Shown here: positions 45,339 through 59,769 of the stretch, piece by piece
How positions within the stretch are numbered: position 1 is the stretch's first letter
How the letters are laid out: each line of letters starts with the position of its first letter
Assembly: GCA_002189035.1 (NCBI GenBank)
Contig: NEEC01000017.1
Span: 62,001 to 126,000, forward strand
From: Utricularia gibba
Lineage: Eukaryota > Plantae > Magnoliophyta
Direction: 5' to 3'
DNA: 64,000 nt
The notes under the pieces: model-generated
The model's database searches: none
Seen by the model: only the letters and a program-made list of their open reading frames with translations
What the model was told of the DNA's origin: nothing
Made by a program: the position numbers and the translations under genes

Positions 45339-47899
45339 GGCTGTGTTTGGTAATAAGGATAACATGGGATATCCTAATATGCGGGATAATAATAACGTGT
45401 TTGGTAAGCGGAAATAAATTTTTCTGGGATACTTTTTTCCTTTCTATAAGTCATAAAAGTATCCCCATCAAAACCCCTCTTTAATTTTATACCTTACACA
45501 TGGATAACTTTTTGATTATGAAAAGTCTAAAATACCTATAAATACATCTACATCTTGTCTTTAATTAAATGTAAGGGAAAATTATTTTTCAACCCTATGA
45601 TTCTGTTTCCCCTCAACCTACGAATTTCTTCCTCTATCTATAGATTTTCTTCCTCAACCTGTGAATATTTTCTACACCGACTTGCAAAATTTGGATCATA
45701 GACCCATTGTTGGGTCTCAAATTCATGTAATTGAGGTCCATGTTTTGACTGTTCGGTGGCACAACAAAGTATTCATTCGGTGTCCCACCCATTTGTAGAC
45801 ATCAAAATCGAAGGTTAGTAGCCAAGATGAATGAATAAATTCTTTAATAATGCAAACATATTCATTTTGTATTTTCTGATTGTTTGCTTTGTTCAAGATT
45901 TGTGTACGCATAAGCATGTAGTCTCTCTTGCATTAATTATTATATGTGATGAATTAATTGAAGGAACCCAAATTATTTTTTTGGATGGAATCAATTGATG
46001 AGAATGCTCAGTTATTGTTATTGGCTTATTTGTTGCAAAGGAATTTCGAAATTGCTCATATTATTGTGCTTATTGTGCTGCTCCGACTACGTTCTCATGG
46101 TTCAAGACGGCAATGCCGATACTGATATACATCGAAAATGCCAAGACAAATTGAACATCTCCATGAATTAGTTAGCAACATGAACAACACAGCTTTGGAG
46201 GAATTGAGGATGAATCGAGATTCCTTTGGACGATTGTATTGTCTACTTTGTGATTATGCAGGGCTTCGTGACTCGAAGTATGTAACTATTAGTGAGAAAG
46301 TCTGTATTTTCTTAAGTATTTTAGACCATCATAAGAAGATGTGAGTTCAAAAGTCATCCTTCAAAAGATCGACTTGGACAATTAGCTGTCACTTCAAGGC
46401 CGTTCTTGTAGCTGTTTTATGTCTGTATGATAAGCTGTTAGTTAAGGGTGAACCTGTTACTATTACCATTGCCACATCAAGGTTCTGTTTCTTTGAGGTA
46501 CTATTTCTTTTTTTGGTTATGCAATGTTTATCTTAATAACTATTAATTGTTGAATGTTTGTAATATGTGTAGAATTGTTTAGGTGCTTTAGATGGGTCCT
46601 ATATTGAGGCACGGGTGCCTGAGTGTGATAAGTCAAAATATCGAATCCGAAAAGGTACAATAGCCTTCAATGTCTTGGGTGTATGTGATCAAAATATGAA
46701 TTTTATTTACATGCTTGCTGGTTGGGAAGGATTGGCTGCTGACAGCCGTATACTTAAAAGTGCTTTGTTGAAGGAAGTTGGTGGTCTACGAGTACGTAGA
46801 GGTTAGTTGTGAAGTTAGTAAGATTTTTAAAGGTTTTTCCATGCATGAATTTCCATTGTTTCAGGCTGTTTTCAGAAACATTTTACTATACAAATGCATG
46901 TTGTGATTGTAGGTTGCTATTATCTATGCGATAATGGCTACACCAATTGTGATGGCTTCCTAGTTCTATATCAGAATGTGCAGCTGCCTTCCTTGAAAAA
47001 CATTTTTATATTTCAGTTGAACTAGATTCAGTATTTTATTTTGGATTGGGTAAGAATATTCATTTTGAATACTTCATGCTGATGAAATCAATTATTTGGA
47101 CATTCAATTGCTCTAATCAAGATAGTAAGTCCTGTGAAAAAAATCAATTGAAATATAGTGGAATCCATTGGGGCAAAAATGAAGGTCATATGGTGACACT
47201 TGATTGCCATGTAGTTCAGGCGTCAGTAAGAAATCTATGGAGAAGAAGCCATAGAAATTCATAAACTAATAAAAGTAGGAACTTTCCTAGAAAATACCAA
47301 TTCATCTCATATCTCGTCCGGTGTTTCTAACATCCTTGTTGTGCTATTCCACCCTTTTCCCGATCGAGAAAGAATGTCCATAATCATGTAGTATTCCTTT
47401 TTCTAGATCTTGATTTTCGAAGAAATGTGTGGAATAGCTGTCAAAGTTGAAGTGGGTTTGCGTTTCTTCATCATCTTCTCAAGAGCTACATAATACCCAT
47501 TTCTAAAACTATTTTCACTCTTCCACCCACTGTCAATAATATCCTTGAAAGCGATAACAAGAAGACGTGCTTCTTCAACGCTCCACCCGAGTTTCGATTT
47601 CGATTTACCATTGTTGTTCTCTGTGTGGGACGTGCTCATTTCGCACAGAAAATTGGAGAATGATTGAAGAGCCGAAGCCAAGAACCCTACCAAAATAAAA
47701 AAAATGTAGAAGGGAAAAAATGTCTTTGTTCAAAATCTGTAAAAAGTAATCCAATATATGTCTACCAAACAAGACATGGGATATCTTATTCCAACCCATA
47801 AATTCTATACTAGCAAACATAATGTGTACTTATAGGAGGGATAATTTTTATCTGGTATAAATTATACTAGTATTACTAAAACTACTATCAAACATGGCT
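45339..47899 (+). mobile_element. Internally deleted PIF/Harbinger element (nuclease fragment +, Myb fragment -)
   Basis: TAA TSD (45336-45338, 47900-47902); imperfect TIR GGCTGTGTTTGG / TCAAACATGGCT. Nuclease CLGALDGSYI, WEGLAADSRIL, YYLCDNGY at ~45970-46980; Myb GWSVEEARLL..GWKSENSFRNGY at ~47330-47650. Confidence 0.85.
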
Positions 47900-47911
47900 T
47901 AAGGCACCACA

Positions 47912-49410
47912 TGTTGGTATATATGTTTTAGAGACAATTAGCATATTGGCAAGTCATATCTTTTTATATTTATTTTGAATTGTGATCAAATTTATATCAC
48001 TGATAAGATTCTCTATTTGATCTATATGCAGTAAAAATTATGATAAGATCATAATATGAGATTTTTCAAACGTTTATATTCAAGTTAAAAATTCTCTGGC
48101 TAACGTAATTGTGAAATGAGAATATTACAAATATGGATAAGTTGGCACACATTGAGTTCCCTAAATTGTTTACGCAATGGTTCTTACCATTAATATAATG
48201 AAATTAATAGAACCAATGTGTGGGTGTCAATTAGAGAATTGATTCATTGAATGACTCATTTTCAAGATACTACAATGGGAAGCTAACCAAGTGTCACTAG
48301 TAAGATCTCGAATATGACAACTGTGCAAGTAAGCTTAAACTTGAATCAATAAAGTCATCTTAATCTTAATCTTATACTTTCATCCATTACTAATGAGAGT
48401 TTAACCATGACTTGCCTAGTATAGATGAGAATGGATACGACTCCTTAAGGTTAGAGATAGTTGATTGATCAATAAAAAATTCATCACTCATGTTAGTTAT
48501 GAGATCTTATCTCAATAAATTTCATCAAAGCCTTACAGTAAATCTTAGGCCTAGGATAATGACACTCGAGGAGGTTGATTAAGTCATTGAATGTTAGTGC
48601 TTAAATGCAATTATAAGTTCGATACATAAAAAAGACACACACTCATGTTTTGGTATCGAATGAGATATAAATATAATGAAAGTTGTTCTTTGTATAATGG
48701 CTAGTCATAGAAAAGTTCAATCAGTTCATCTGATTATTTTTACATCTTTGGAATCATGATATGTTGCTAGACATCACTCACGATCGGAATGATGGATTTA
48801 ATTAATTAAGAGTTAATTAATAAATTCATTATTATGACCTCAATTGAAGAAGTCTATATGATCACACATAATAGTGGAGTCACTCATTAATATAAAATAA
48901 AATGATATAATTACATGAGATTTAATTGGTAAAATAGATAAATTAAATAAATTATTATTTTGAGATTAATATTGATTAAATTCAAAATAAAAGATCTGAT
49001 ACATATAAGACTTAGGAACATATATATCTATTAGATTTTCATGAGATAAGATCTTTATGAAGATTTGATTAGATATATTACCAAATATCTATATCAAATA
49101 GTCAGAAAGATTTGATCCGTGGAGATTTTTCATATCTTCATTCCATTTGAGATTTATCTGGAAGAGTCAATTTTTTCTATTAGCATCTGAGGAGATTGGC
49201 CATCATTCAATAGCTTTGAGAAGGTTGTTGACGGAGTGCTTCACGTGGGATACCATAGAGGCCATCTATTGTTGGTGGATGATGAACAATGGAGTGCATT
49301 GAAAGGTATTTTTAGAATCCTTTTATCTGATGTATGTATTCGAAGATCTGCAATTTGGAATTCTCAAACATTTTTAAATTCTATTACTTCTCTGATATAC
49401 AAACCTAACA
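47912..49410 (+). mobile_element. Solo LTR, Angela/BARE-like Ty1/copia
   Basis: Starts TGTTGGTATATATGTTTTAGAGACAAT (Angela-type start), ends ..CCTAACA; flanks CCACA/CGACA look like a TSD with one mismatch. Confidence 0.7.
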
Positions 49411-51615
49411 CGACAAACACCTTAGCCATGCATACTCAAACTAAACAATACAAATTCATAAAGCGAACGTATAGGATTAAATGTTCATTCTCATAGTCAC
49501 ATTAATAAAATGATAAGCAGAAGTAAAATGATCAAATGTAAAAAATATTAGTAGAGCCTAATTTAATGACATTATTCCTAGCTAAGAGAAATGTCTACTT
49601 AGAATTGGCTTTCATGTTCTTCAATTAAAAGAAAAAAATTCTTTGTCATCCTCCACCTTGTCTATATGTGTCTAATATATAAGATCACTCTATTATATAG
49701 ATCATACTAAATTAGGGAGAAGGAGATTTTCTATGATTGTTTTGATCCAATTCTGGAAAAAAATAGCTCTCCCCTCATAGTGTTTGATACAACCCTCCAA
49801 ACAATAAGTGTTTGACAAACTAGATCTTAGATTTTAAATGAAGCAATTCTTGAAAAAAAAATGACTCTCGTTCTCCTTATGTTAGTGTAAGGAATAAGCT
49901 TAATTATTTAGTAGGGGATTTTTCCATAGGGAACTCTTGCAATATGGATATTGATATCCTATCATATAGGCATCTTGACAACTCTTGTCCTTTTGTTCAT
50001 AACGCATCATATCCCTGGATTTTCATACATAATGATCGAAAATCGTAATCGACCCTAGATGCCTTGGTAACAAATAAATTATTAACCATCATATGCATCG
50101 ATAATTCGTGCAAAGGTCAACATGCCCCACGACTACACACATATAAACCATCATCATGCTACGCATACACACGTATGATATGTGTCTCAAAAGCATCAAT
50201 CATGAATCGAATTTTTCACATCATAAGGCAGCAAAACAATACAACATAATGAGATTTCATGCATCACATGCTTTTACATAATCAGATTTCGTGCATCACA
50301 TGCTATTACGTAATCAGATTTCGTGCATCACATGCTATTACGATGATCGCCGCCAAGGCGACTTATAAGAACATCTCACAAAATCAGCAATGATTCTAAC
50401 ATATACACGTATTCTGTAATATTCAGTGCAGTGGAATTTGAAAATTTTTGAGAAACTCCAAACACAGATCTTGGAATATGGTATACGTCAAATAAAGGGA
50501 TATTGCAAATACCTTTCAGTGGACTCCGATGTTCACCAACTGACAACAGTAGATGGCCTCTATGGTATCCACATATGCAGCACTTTGTCGATAACCTTCT
50601 CAAGGCTATAGAATGTTGGTCAATCTCCTCAGGTGCTAGTAGAGAAAATCACCCCTTTGTGGATCAATCTCAGAGAGAACGAAGATGTGAAAAATCTGCA
50701 AATCAAATCTTGCTAATAGATATTTGGTAACATATCAAATCAAATATCCATAAAGATCTTATCTTATGGAGATAGATATATGTTCCAAATCTAATCTATA
50801 TAAGATCTTTTATTTTGAGTTTAATCAATATTAATATCAAAATAACTCTCTATTTAATTTATCCACTTTACCAATTACATCTCATGTAATTGTGTCATTC
50901 TATTTTATATCGATGAGTGACTCCACTATTATGTGTGACCCTATAGGCTTATTCAATCAAGACTGTAATAACGGATTTATTAATTAACTATGAATTAATC
51001 AAATCTATCATTTTTTATCATGAATGATGTCTAGCAACATATTATGATCCCTAAGATGTAAGAATAATTAGGTGAATTGATTGAACTTTTCCATGAGCAG
51101 TCCCCATACAATGAATAGCTTTCATCATACTTATATCCTATTCGATACCAGAACATGGGTGTGCGTCTTTCTGATGTGTCGAACTTATAATTGCATTCAA
51201 GCACTAATATTCAATAACCTACTCAAACACTTCGAGTGTCATTACCTTGGGCCAAGGACTTAATGTTAGGCTTTGATACAATTACTTGAGATATGATCTT
51301 ATAGGTAACATGAGTGATGAATCATTTATTGATCAATCAACTATCTCCAACCTTAAGAAGTCACATCCCTTCTCATCCATACTAAGCAAGCCATGGTTAG
51401 ACTTCCATTAGTAATGAGCGAAAATGCGAGCTTAAGATGAAGATAACTTTGATAACCTCAAGTCTAAGCTTACTTGCTACTGACATTTGGTTAACTTCCC
51501 ATAGTAGCATCTCGAAGACGAGTCATCCAGTAAATCGATTATCTAATCGACACCCATAGGTTCTAATAATCTCATTACATCAATTGTGAGAATCATTGTC
51601 TCAAGAACACTAACA
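49411..51615 (-). mobile_element. Second Angela-like LTR (~50415-51615) plus adjacent internal leader sequence
   Basis: Inverted homolog of 48170-49400 (shared gtggataccatagaggccatcta, atgggaag.taaccaa.tgtca); minus-strand start TGTTAGTGTTCTTGAGACAAT. Confidence 0.7.
50247..50342. repeat. 3 x 32-bp tandem repeat
   Basis: Unit taatcagatttcgtgcatcacatgctattacg; two exact copies and one diverged copy. Confidence 0.9.
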
Positions 51616-51810
51616 GCAAGTGTGCTAAAATCCTTGACAAAGTGACGGTAGAAACTAGCCAATCCATGGAAACTACGTACTTCTCTAATCATTGTAGGAT
51701 TTGGTCATCCCCTAATTGCCTTCACATTTTCTTCATCCACTAAAATTTCTGAACCTTTTACAATGTTGCCAGGAAAAGAGATTTGGTAGTAGAAGCTATC
51801 TTTAGTTGAT
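51616..51810 (-). pseudogene. CRM-like chromovirus RT/RNase H junction fragment
   Basis: Manual translation VDEENVKAIRG*PNPTMIREVRSFHGLASFYRHFVKDFSTLA; SFHGLASFYR is typical of the CRM clade. Not in the ORF track. Confidence 0.8.
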
Positions 51811-51813
51811 CTT

Positions 51814-53760
51814 TGATAAACGAAAAATTCACATGTCGTAAATGTAAACTTTCCTATCAAATAAATTTATAACCTAATACACCTTCAAGCATAAAATAAT
51901 TATGAGCATAGTGATTAGGGTCGAACACGAGGAGCTAGGTGCTTGCTATGTGAAGGTCAATACAAGGAATCAATGTCACGTTGGTAAAATTGGTCTTAGC
52001 TAGGACAAAGGCAGAACTAAAACGAAATACAGTAAAGAAAAGTAATAAGTTCTAGAGCTCGGTTCTTTTTGGAAGGGAATGGGTGATGCCTTGGGACTCC
52101 TAGGGGATGTATGCTCATCACTAAGCAAACTCATCTAAACCACAAATCATACAACTAACTCACAAGATCTAGGTCTACCCGGATTCTTGTTTTTCCCGCT
52201 AATCTTTGGTCTACCTCTAATTAGGGTTGTTAAGTTGGGTTTCACTACTTCCCCCTCCTGGATCTATCCTGGTTTGTTAAGGAAGTGGCGTGACTCATGG
52301 CTGTTTAGATCTAAAGATTGATTAACATGTTTCTCCCCTTTTTACCCCAAGGCACCCCCCTAAGTACTTAGCCACTCATGCTTAAGATAAATGAAAGTGG
52401 AAAAGAAAACATCACCCACAGTGTGCTCATTTCACAGTCAAATACCAGAAAGCAAACAAGCAAGTAATGTGAAGTGTCAACAAAAAAACTGAAAAACATC
52501 ACTAGCTACTCTTAGCTAGGAGTAATGTTCTTCGAAGAGAGAAAATAATCTTGAACTTCAGCTTCGTTCCTGTTTGTCTTCCTTCTTCTTCCTCCCCAGA
52601 AAACCTTCGCAGAAAATGTGTTTGTGAGTCTCCAAGGGGATCTACCTTCTCTCCCTACCTTAGTTTCTTTTTTATCCAAAATCTTCCTTTTTCACCTCCT
52701 TGGACTTTGTGTGTACTCTTTTTCAGACTTCTGTCACCTTTTCTGCTACCACACTGTTCATACTCGGCTCCTTGGGGTTTGTGTTGCGACCGATGCTGCA
52801 TTGCTCGAAGGGAACTATTAGAAAGTTGGGACTACATCGCAGATTTAGTACCAACTAAGACTAAAAGTGCACTCCTACGGTACTTATGTGCAAAAATATA
52901 GAAACATGCAATTAAGCTTAATTTTTGTAGCACAAAATGAGTAAATTCCATGCATTGAGCCACTAAAAAATATGTGCTATCACATTATGCTACAACGATA
53001 CTAGACTTGTCTTCAAGTCCTAACTAAGACTAATAGGAGGTAATTAGTCAATGAATTTCCTACAGAGCGATGTGGATGCTTAGCATTCAGCCAAAAACGC
53101 ATGAGTTGTAGGGGTGCTCGTGTGCATGTGAGGGTGTCACTCAAGCATACATGACAATTTCATCCTGAAAGGTGCATTTGAAGATTATATGAGCAAAAAT
53201 GGCATGTGCTTACCTCCAAAGAGTGCTGATTGTCACTACTATTTTTTTTTTTCTTTTCTTCTTCTCCCTTTTTTTTTCCACAGAGATCGAGACCAGGGAG
53301 AATTTAGAGTTCAACTCAGGTAAACTGTTGCTTCCCCTCTTTGTTTGTGAGTGTGGGCTATGCACTTTCCTCCTTATTCCTCCAGGGATCCCTTCTACTC
53401 CTCTGAGTTGTTCTCATAACCCCCCCCCCCTGTGCTCTTTACTCTGTCGTCTATACACGCTCTTTTGTTGTGTGTTGCTTTTCAAGACGTGGGTCTCATC
53501 GCTTTTCTGGTGATGATGCTTTTCTTGACCCATTTTTTTTTGCTGTCTACAGATTTCGTGACAACCAGTCCTCCATGAAAAATCAACACATGCCATTCCG
53601 ACTACACTGAACATGTTGCTGTCTCACAAAAATAATCAAGGGAAAACATGCTCACTGGTTCATAATAGGCCATAACAAAATTCATGCATTCCGTGCATCA
53701 TGAAAAACATCTCATGCTCTTAAGGAAATTCCTCAACCGTTCACAAAATTCTCTTGACAA
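51814..53760 (-). mobile_element. Family C 3' LTR (51814-52982) plus 3' UTR, truncated
   Basis: LTR ends match the other C copies; 52983-53760 is homologous to 16859-17660. Confidence 0.85.
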
Positions 53761-53778
53761 TAACGTCTCACTACTAAA

Positions 53779-56700
53779 TTTACTAGCTATTTCTTCTTCT
53801 ATCCAACATCCAAATTCTGTGTCTAACATCTTGGTATCAGAGCAAATGGATGAAATCAAGGAGATGCTAGTCAATATGATGATTGACTTCAAAAAAGACG
53901 TTCTTGCAGATCTCAAGAACCAGTTGAACACTAAGCTATCAGAACTAGAAATCTGAGTAGAAAAGGCAGAATCAGTGGTTGAGAGTTCTCAAATGGGAGC
54001 AAAACCTAGTATGGGAAATCTCAAACTCGTTGAAAGGCATAGCACAAGATTCGTTTATTTCGTTGAAGCAAAATCAACCAAAAATTACATAGTCGGACTT
54101 GAAGACCTACTACAATCTACAATTTGGACCAAGGAATCGAGCCTCTAACACGGCGAGATTGGAAAAATTACATATGGGAAGTGATTTGGAAGACTATCAT
54201 GCTCAATTCTTAGCGGTGGTCATTACAGTAAAGGATTTTACACCTGAAAATGAAATGCAGATTTATTTAAGTGGGTTACCAGAAGAATTTCCTAGCCAGA
54301 TTTCTTTACAACATCCAAGCAGCACAATGGATGCCATGAGCTTCGCATTAATGCTTCATAAGGGAGAAAGAGGAGGTCCTAAAATCAGCAGCAAATCTGA
54401 ACCGTGGAGAGGAAAGCAAATCAAGGCCTTGAGAAAAAGAGAGAACTTCAGATTGCCACCAAGAAGACAATGATGTTGAAACGGCTTCCACAGAAAGAAT
54501 TTGAGGAACGAAAGGCTAAGAATCTATGCTTTCATTGTGATGAGAAATTTGTTCCAAGGCATAAATGCAAGAAGCTTTTCTTTATTGGATTTGTGGAAGG
54601 AGATTCAGACATTGAAGAAGATCAAGATATTCATATATCAGTCAATGTAATCATAGGAGGCAAGGAAACATCAATTGAAGGGAGACTTATGCTTATTGAA
54701 GCCAAAATCATGGAACAAACCAACCTATTCCTTCTAGACTTAGGAAGCTCCCATAGTTTCATGCATGAGAAGATGCTATCTAAACTTCCATTGGATGTAA
54801 CTCAAAGGAAGGGTTTATGTGCACTTGTGGCTCATAGAGAATCTATTAGTTGCATTGGAGTTTGTAAAAATGTAGAGCTCAATATTAGAAATTTCACTTG
54901 TAGGCAAACACTCTATGTCTTCCTGTTAGGCAACTTTGATGGAATTCTAGGATATGATTGGCTCACAACAATCGGACCTATATCTTGGGATTTTGGAATA
55001 CCGCAAATATCCTTTATTCAGAATGGAGATACATATGAGATCAAGGGTTACCATACAAGCCAACCATCTACAGCGAGTCTCAATATCTCCATAGAGCTTG
55101 ATAATTCTTCCCCATTATACAAACATATTCTACACAGCATGTTGACCTCTAACCACCATGTTTTTGAAGAACTAAGGGGATTACCACCTAAAAAGAGACA
55201 TGAGCATCAGATACATCTAGTAGCAGGGGCTGATCCATCCACACGAATACCTTATCATTATCCTTACAAGCAACGAGGCAAGATCGAAAATCAGGTGCAA
55301 GAACTATTAAAGAAGGGGTGGATCCATCCCAGCACGTCACCCTTCTCAGCTCTTGTACTCTTGGTTGCTAAAAAGGATGGAGGTTGGCGATTATGTATAG
55401 ATTATCGTGCGCTCAACAACATCACAGTTAAGGTCAAATTCCCTATACCTACTTTAGAAGAATTAATAGGTGAATTGCATCGTGCTCAAATTTTTTCAAA
55501 GTTAGATCTAAGCACTGGATACCACCAGATCAGGATGCATGAGGAGTCGATTGTTACAACAGCCTTCCAAACAACAAAAGGGCATTATGAGTTCAGTCTT
55601 TCAAGCTTACTTATGGAAATTTGTGTTTGTTTTTTTTTATGATATCTTAATCTACAGGAGAACTATGGAAGATCATATGCGACATCTACAACTTGTTTTC
55701 CAGTTGCTACATGATCAACAATTATATGTCAAAGCTTTCAAATGCTTCTCTTGTAAGTCGCAGATTAAGTACCTAGGACATTTAATAGGAGTAAAAGGGA
55801 TTTTAGGTAGATGAAAAAAAGGTGGAAGCAATCCTCAATTGGTCAAAACCAAAGAACATTAGAGAGCTGCGTGGGTTCCTTAGCCTAGCCAATTATTATC
55901 AGTGCTTCATTGCCAAATTCAGCACCATAGCAACTCCCCTCACTGCCATGCTTAAGAAGGATGGTTTTTGATGGACAGAAACAAGGGAGAAAGCTTTCAT
56001 CCAATTGAAAGAAGCCCTTATAGTTACACCGGTACTTGCCACTCCAAACTTTGATGAATTATGTATATTAGAATATGATGCTTCAGATGGAGTAATGAGA
56101 GCAATTTTGCATCAAGATGGCCACCCCATTGCATATTTCAGCAAAGGATTGGTGGATAGACACAAGAACCTTGAAGCCTCGATAAAGCATTGGAGTCAAT
56201 ATTTATGGGGAAGACATTTTACAGTGAGAACGGATCATAAAAGTTTACAATATCTAGGACATCAAAAAATGGAAACTTCTTTCCAAATAAAATGGATGAG
56301 TAAGCTTTTGGGTTATGACTTCAACATTAAGTATTGAGCTTGAAAAGAGAACAAGGTAGCCGATGCTTTCACGCATGGATCCAGACACAATGCTACAGGT
56401 ACTTGTTGTTTCTATTCCTCAACTTGACTTATTTGACCAGGTGCGATATCACAATCAGCAAAGTCTAAAGATGATGGAAATCTTGAAAGCAATTGAGGAA
56501 AAAAAACCAACAAGCTGGAGCATTACAAAAATAGAGTATATATCGATGAAAAATCAGAATTGCCCTCACTTATTATGATTGCTATCCATGGCACATTTCA
56601 TGAGGGTGCTCTCAAAACACTACAGAGAGTTAGAGCTGATTTTTATTGGAAGAACATGGCAGAGCAAATACAATCTTTTACAAATGAATGTATTGTTTGC

Positions 56701-59285
56701 CAAAGAAGTAAGTCAGAGCAAGTTCATCCTAGTGGGTTATTACAACCTTTGAAGATTCCAGAAAGAATATGGGCGGAAATATCACTTGATTTTATTGAAG
56801 GATTACCACTTTCCAAAGGCAAGAAGGTCATCTTAGTGGTGGTAGACTAGTTAAGTAAGTATGCTCATTTCATACCACTATGATGAAACACATTTTCCCT
56901 GAATTTTATAATACAAAATAGTTATATTTTATTGTGGTTTAGGTTAGATAAATGTGTTTTTTTTATTTTATGTGTGTTTAAGTTAATTTTATGTGTTTGT
57001 GTTAAAAAGAGGACTAAATCCTTTGATTTAGTCCACAATCTTTGTTAATAATATTTCAGTAAGTTCAGCAGGGAGTTTAGTAGAGAAATCGGACTTGCAA
57101 ACGTGTGGAACAAGTGAAGGGCGCAAAATCCGGAGAAGGACAAAGAACACTGTTCAGCTGCCACCTGCAGTCTGCAAGTTCAGGCTGGGAACAGTGCTGG
57201 CGGTCAGGAACAGTGCAATGGAGTGAAGGAAAGGGGAAATTTATTTCGAAAAGGAGCCAATGGGGTACAGCGAACAAGCAACAACGAGGAGATGCAAGGA
57301 GGCTTCTTCCCCAACGCAAAAAACATAAACCAGAAGAGGGGAAGAAGGCCCAAATCATCAAGAGCAACACCGGAGCCCAGTCTAGCATTACTGTTCCGGG
57401 CTGTGAGCGGTAGCAACCAGGCGACAGAACAGTCTTTATTTGCTTTTCGTTTTCTGAACATTTCGAGTTTCTGCATTTGACTTGTTTACAATGTTTCTGC
57501 CATTTTGGCCAACTTATATGAATGTAATCAGTAGAATCAGGTAGACCTAGTTCTATATGCTTTGCATGCAGGTAGACCTAATTGCAATGTTGGTTATGAT
57601 ATTAGGGACTAGCTTAGCAAAAAATATGATGAATGACCTGGGCAGACTTACGTTATTTGAAGTTGTCAGTATATGAAGATGGTAAATTACGTTAGGAACC
57701 TCAGCATAACACCACCTACAGATCCTTAAGGCGTCTTCGTATTATTCTAAGTTAGAACCAGTACCTGTCACCTTTAGCGTTGAGACCTGATATTGCTTAG
57801 CTATCTTGTTTACTCAACTTGTTTGCCACTATTAGTCCGAACTTAGACTAAGACCTACTGTTATCCGAAATTATGCATTTGCTAAAACACTTAGCAAGCA
57901 CAAGCTCTTCGTGATCGACACCGATATCCACTATACAAGTTTTCTAAAATTGTATTTTGAGTGGATTAGGGACTATAAATTTATTTGATAACGAAATTTT
58001 ATTTTTGCAACGACATTAGGAAAATTTCCGTTTATCACACTAGCTCATCCTTATAATACTATTTCTATTGCTAAGGCCTTCCTTGAGAATATCTTCAAGC
58101 TTCATGGATTAGCGGAGGCAATTGTTTCAATTGTCAGGGCCGAAATTGTGCTTCACCACATCATATCATCCACAAGCTGATGGCAAAGTTGAAGCTATTA
58201 ATAAAATTTTAGAAACATATTTACGATGTTTCACTAGTGATCGACTGAACCACTTGTGAGTGGCAAGCATGGGTGGAATATGCTTGTAATACAAGTTATC
58301 AAAGTTCAATTGGGATGACACCCTTTGAGTTGGTTTATGGGCATCTTCCTCCCTTGTTATTTTGCTATGAAGGAGGTGTAAACGTGGCAGCTGTGGAATT
58401 ACAGTTAGGGGATCGAGATGAAGTACTCAAATTAGCAAAAGCAAATCTTCAGAAGAGTCAACAAATTATGACAAGATACTATAATAATAAACTCAAGAAA
58501 ATGGAATTTCAAGTTGGAGAATCCATATGGCTCAAATTGGCTCTTCCTCAACAAAATGGTCTTAAGGGGAAGCGATATTCTAAATTACACCCCAAGTATT
58601 TTGGACGTTTTCGGATCAAACACAAGATTGAGGAACTTGCATATGAATTAGAACTACCTCCAAGCACTCTATTACATCCGGTCTTTCATGTTTCCAGGTT
58701 GAAGCAATTTAAGGGTGACCTTACTAACATCCAGCCATTGCCAATTATACCACAAGGAAATGAGGTAAGTCCACTGGCTATTTTGGAGAATCGTGGCTTG
58801 AGGGAACATCCCCAACTATTGGTGCATTGAACCGGATATTCTCCTGCTGAAGCAACATGGGAGGATTTGGCCACTCTCCAAGCATGATTTCCCAACTTCT
58901 TCGAAGGAGCGGAAGTGTGGTGGAATGTCAAGGAAGCCCACACCCACGACCAAGAGGCAGCAATGTCAATAACTGCACATGGGTTAGGGGAGGAAAGAAC
59001 GGCTGATCAAATGTTGAAAGGAACAGCACAACCAACACATGGGACATTGTGTACACAAGAAGACCAAGACAACCGCATGCAAGACCTCTCTTTTAAAACC
59101 TTTCGCTTTGTATTCTAACTTTTCAGTTTTGAACCTTCTAGCTTTTGTGTTTTCTCTTGAAGAAAGTATAGCTCCAAGGAGACAAAGCTAGCGACTCATC
59201 AACTCCCAGAGGAGCTTGGTGATTGCTTTTGGAAGTTTACCAGCTATTTCTACTTCTATCTAACATCCAAATTTTGTGCCTAACA
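53779..59285 (+). mobile_element. Ty3/gypsy chromovirus (Reina-like): 5' LTR remnant 53779-53828, PBS-Met 53832-53843, degenerate gag-pol, 3' LTR ~58926-59285
   Basis: TGGTATCAGAGC PBS. Gag from ATG 53846, CFHCDEKF, protease LLDLGSSHSF, RT WRLCIDYRALN (FFYDIL), RH EYDASD, INT ISLDFIEGLP, chromodomain-like QLLVH*TG..EATWED. The last 50 bp of both LTRs match. Confidence 0.9.
56881..58037 (+). mobile_element. Solo LTR, Athila-like family B, inside the chromovirus integrase
   Basis: TGATGA..GTTTATCA with exact TSD CACTA (56876-56880, 58038-58042); integrase reads YAHFIPL|AHPY across it. Confidence 0.95.
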
Positions 59286-59289
59286 CTTA

Positions 59290-59765
59290 TATGGATGTGG
59301 ATGTTTTAAAGTAGGAAGTTAGAGTTTATCTATTGTGAGAGAACTAGGAACATTTGTGCAATTTCCTCCATCGATTATTAGGCTGCAAACCTTTCTATTC
59401 ACAAACCATTGTGTATGGAATAAGTTCTCTCATTATTCATTCGTAGGCTTAGCATCCATGCCCGAAGTACTTTTGGTCACAAACTTTCACCTAGAGTAGG
59501 TTGTTGTTCCTCATTATCCTTCTCATCTATTTTACTTCCACTTTTACTCTCAATTTCTGATTCAGTATCTCTAGAATCTTAATCATCGTCCTCTTATTGG
59601 GGCACTCTAAAGCAATATGACCATGGTCAAGACATTTGAAGCACTTGATATTACATGTTTATCCAGAAGACTTAAATTCCTTTCTCCTAGTTCCTATCAT
59701 CAGGGATTCCTTCTTTCTTCGATCTAAACTGTTCGGCTGGTAGCTCCCTCTTTGGACAGGCCAAA
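59290..59765 (-). pseudogene. CRM-like gag zinc knuckle and protease fragment
   Basis: Manual translation NIKCFKCLDHGHIALECPNKRTM and ENLFHTQWFVNRKVCSLIIDGGNCTNV. Not in the ORF track. Confidence 0.8.
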
Positions 59766-59769
59766 GTCA

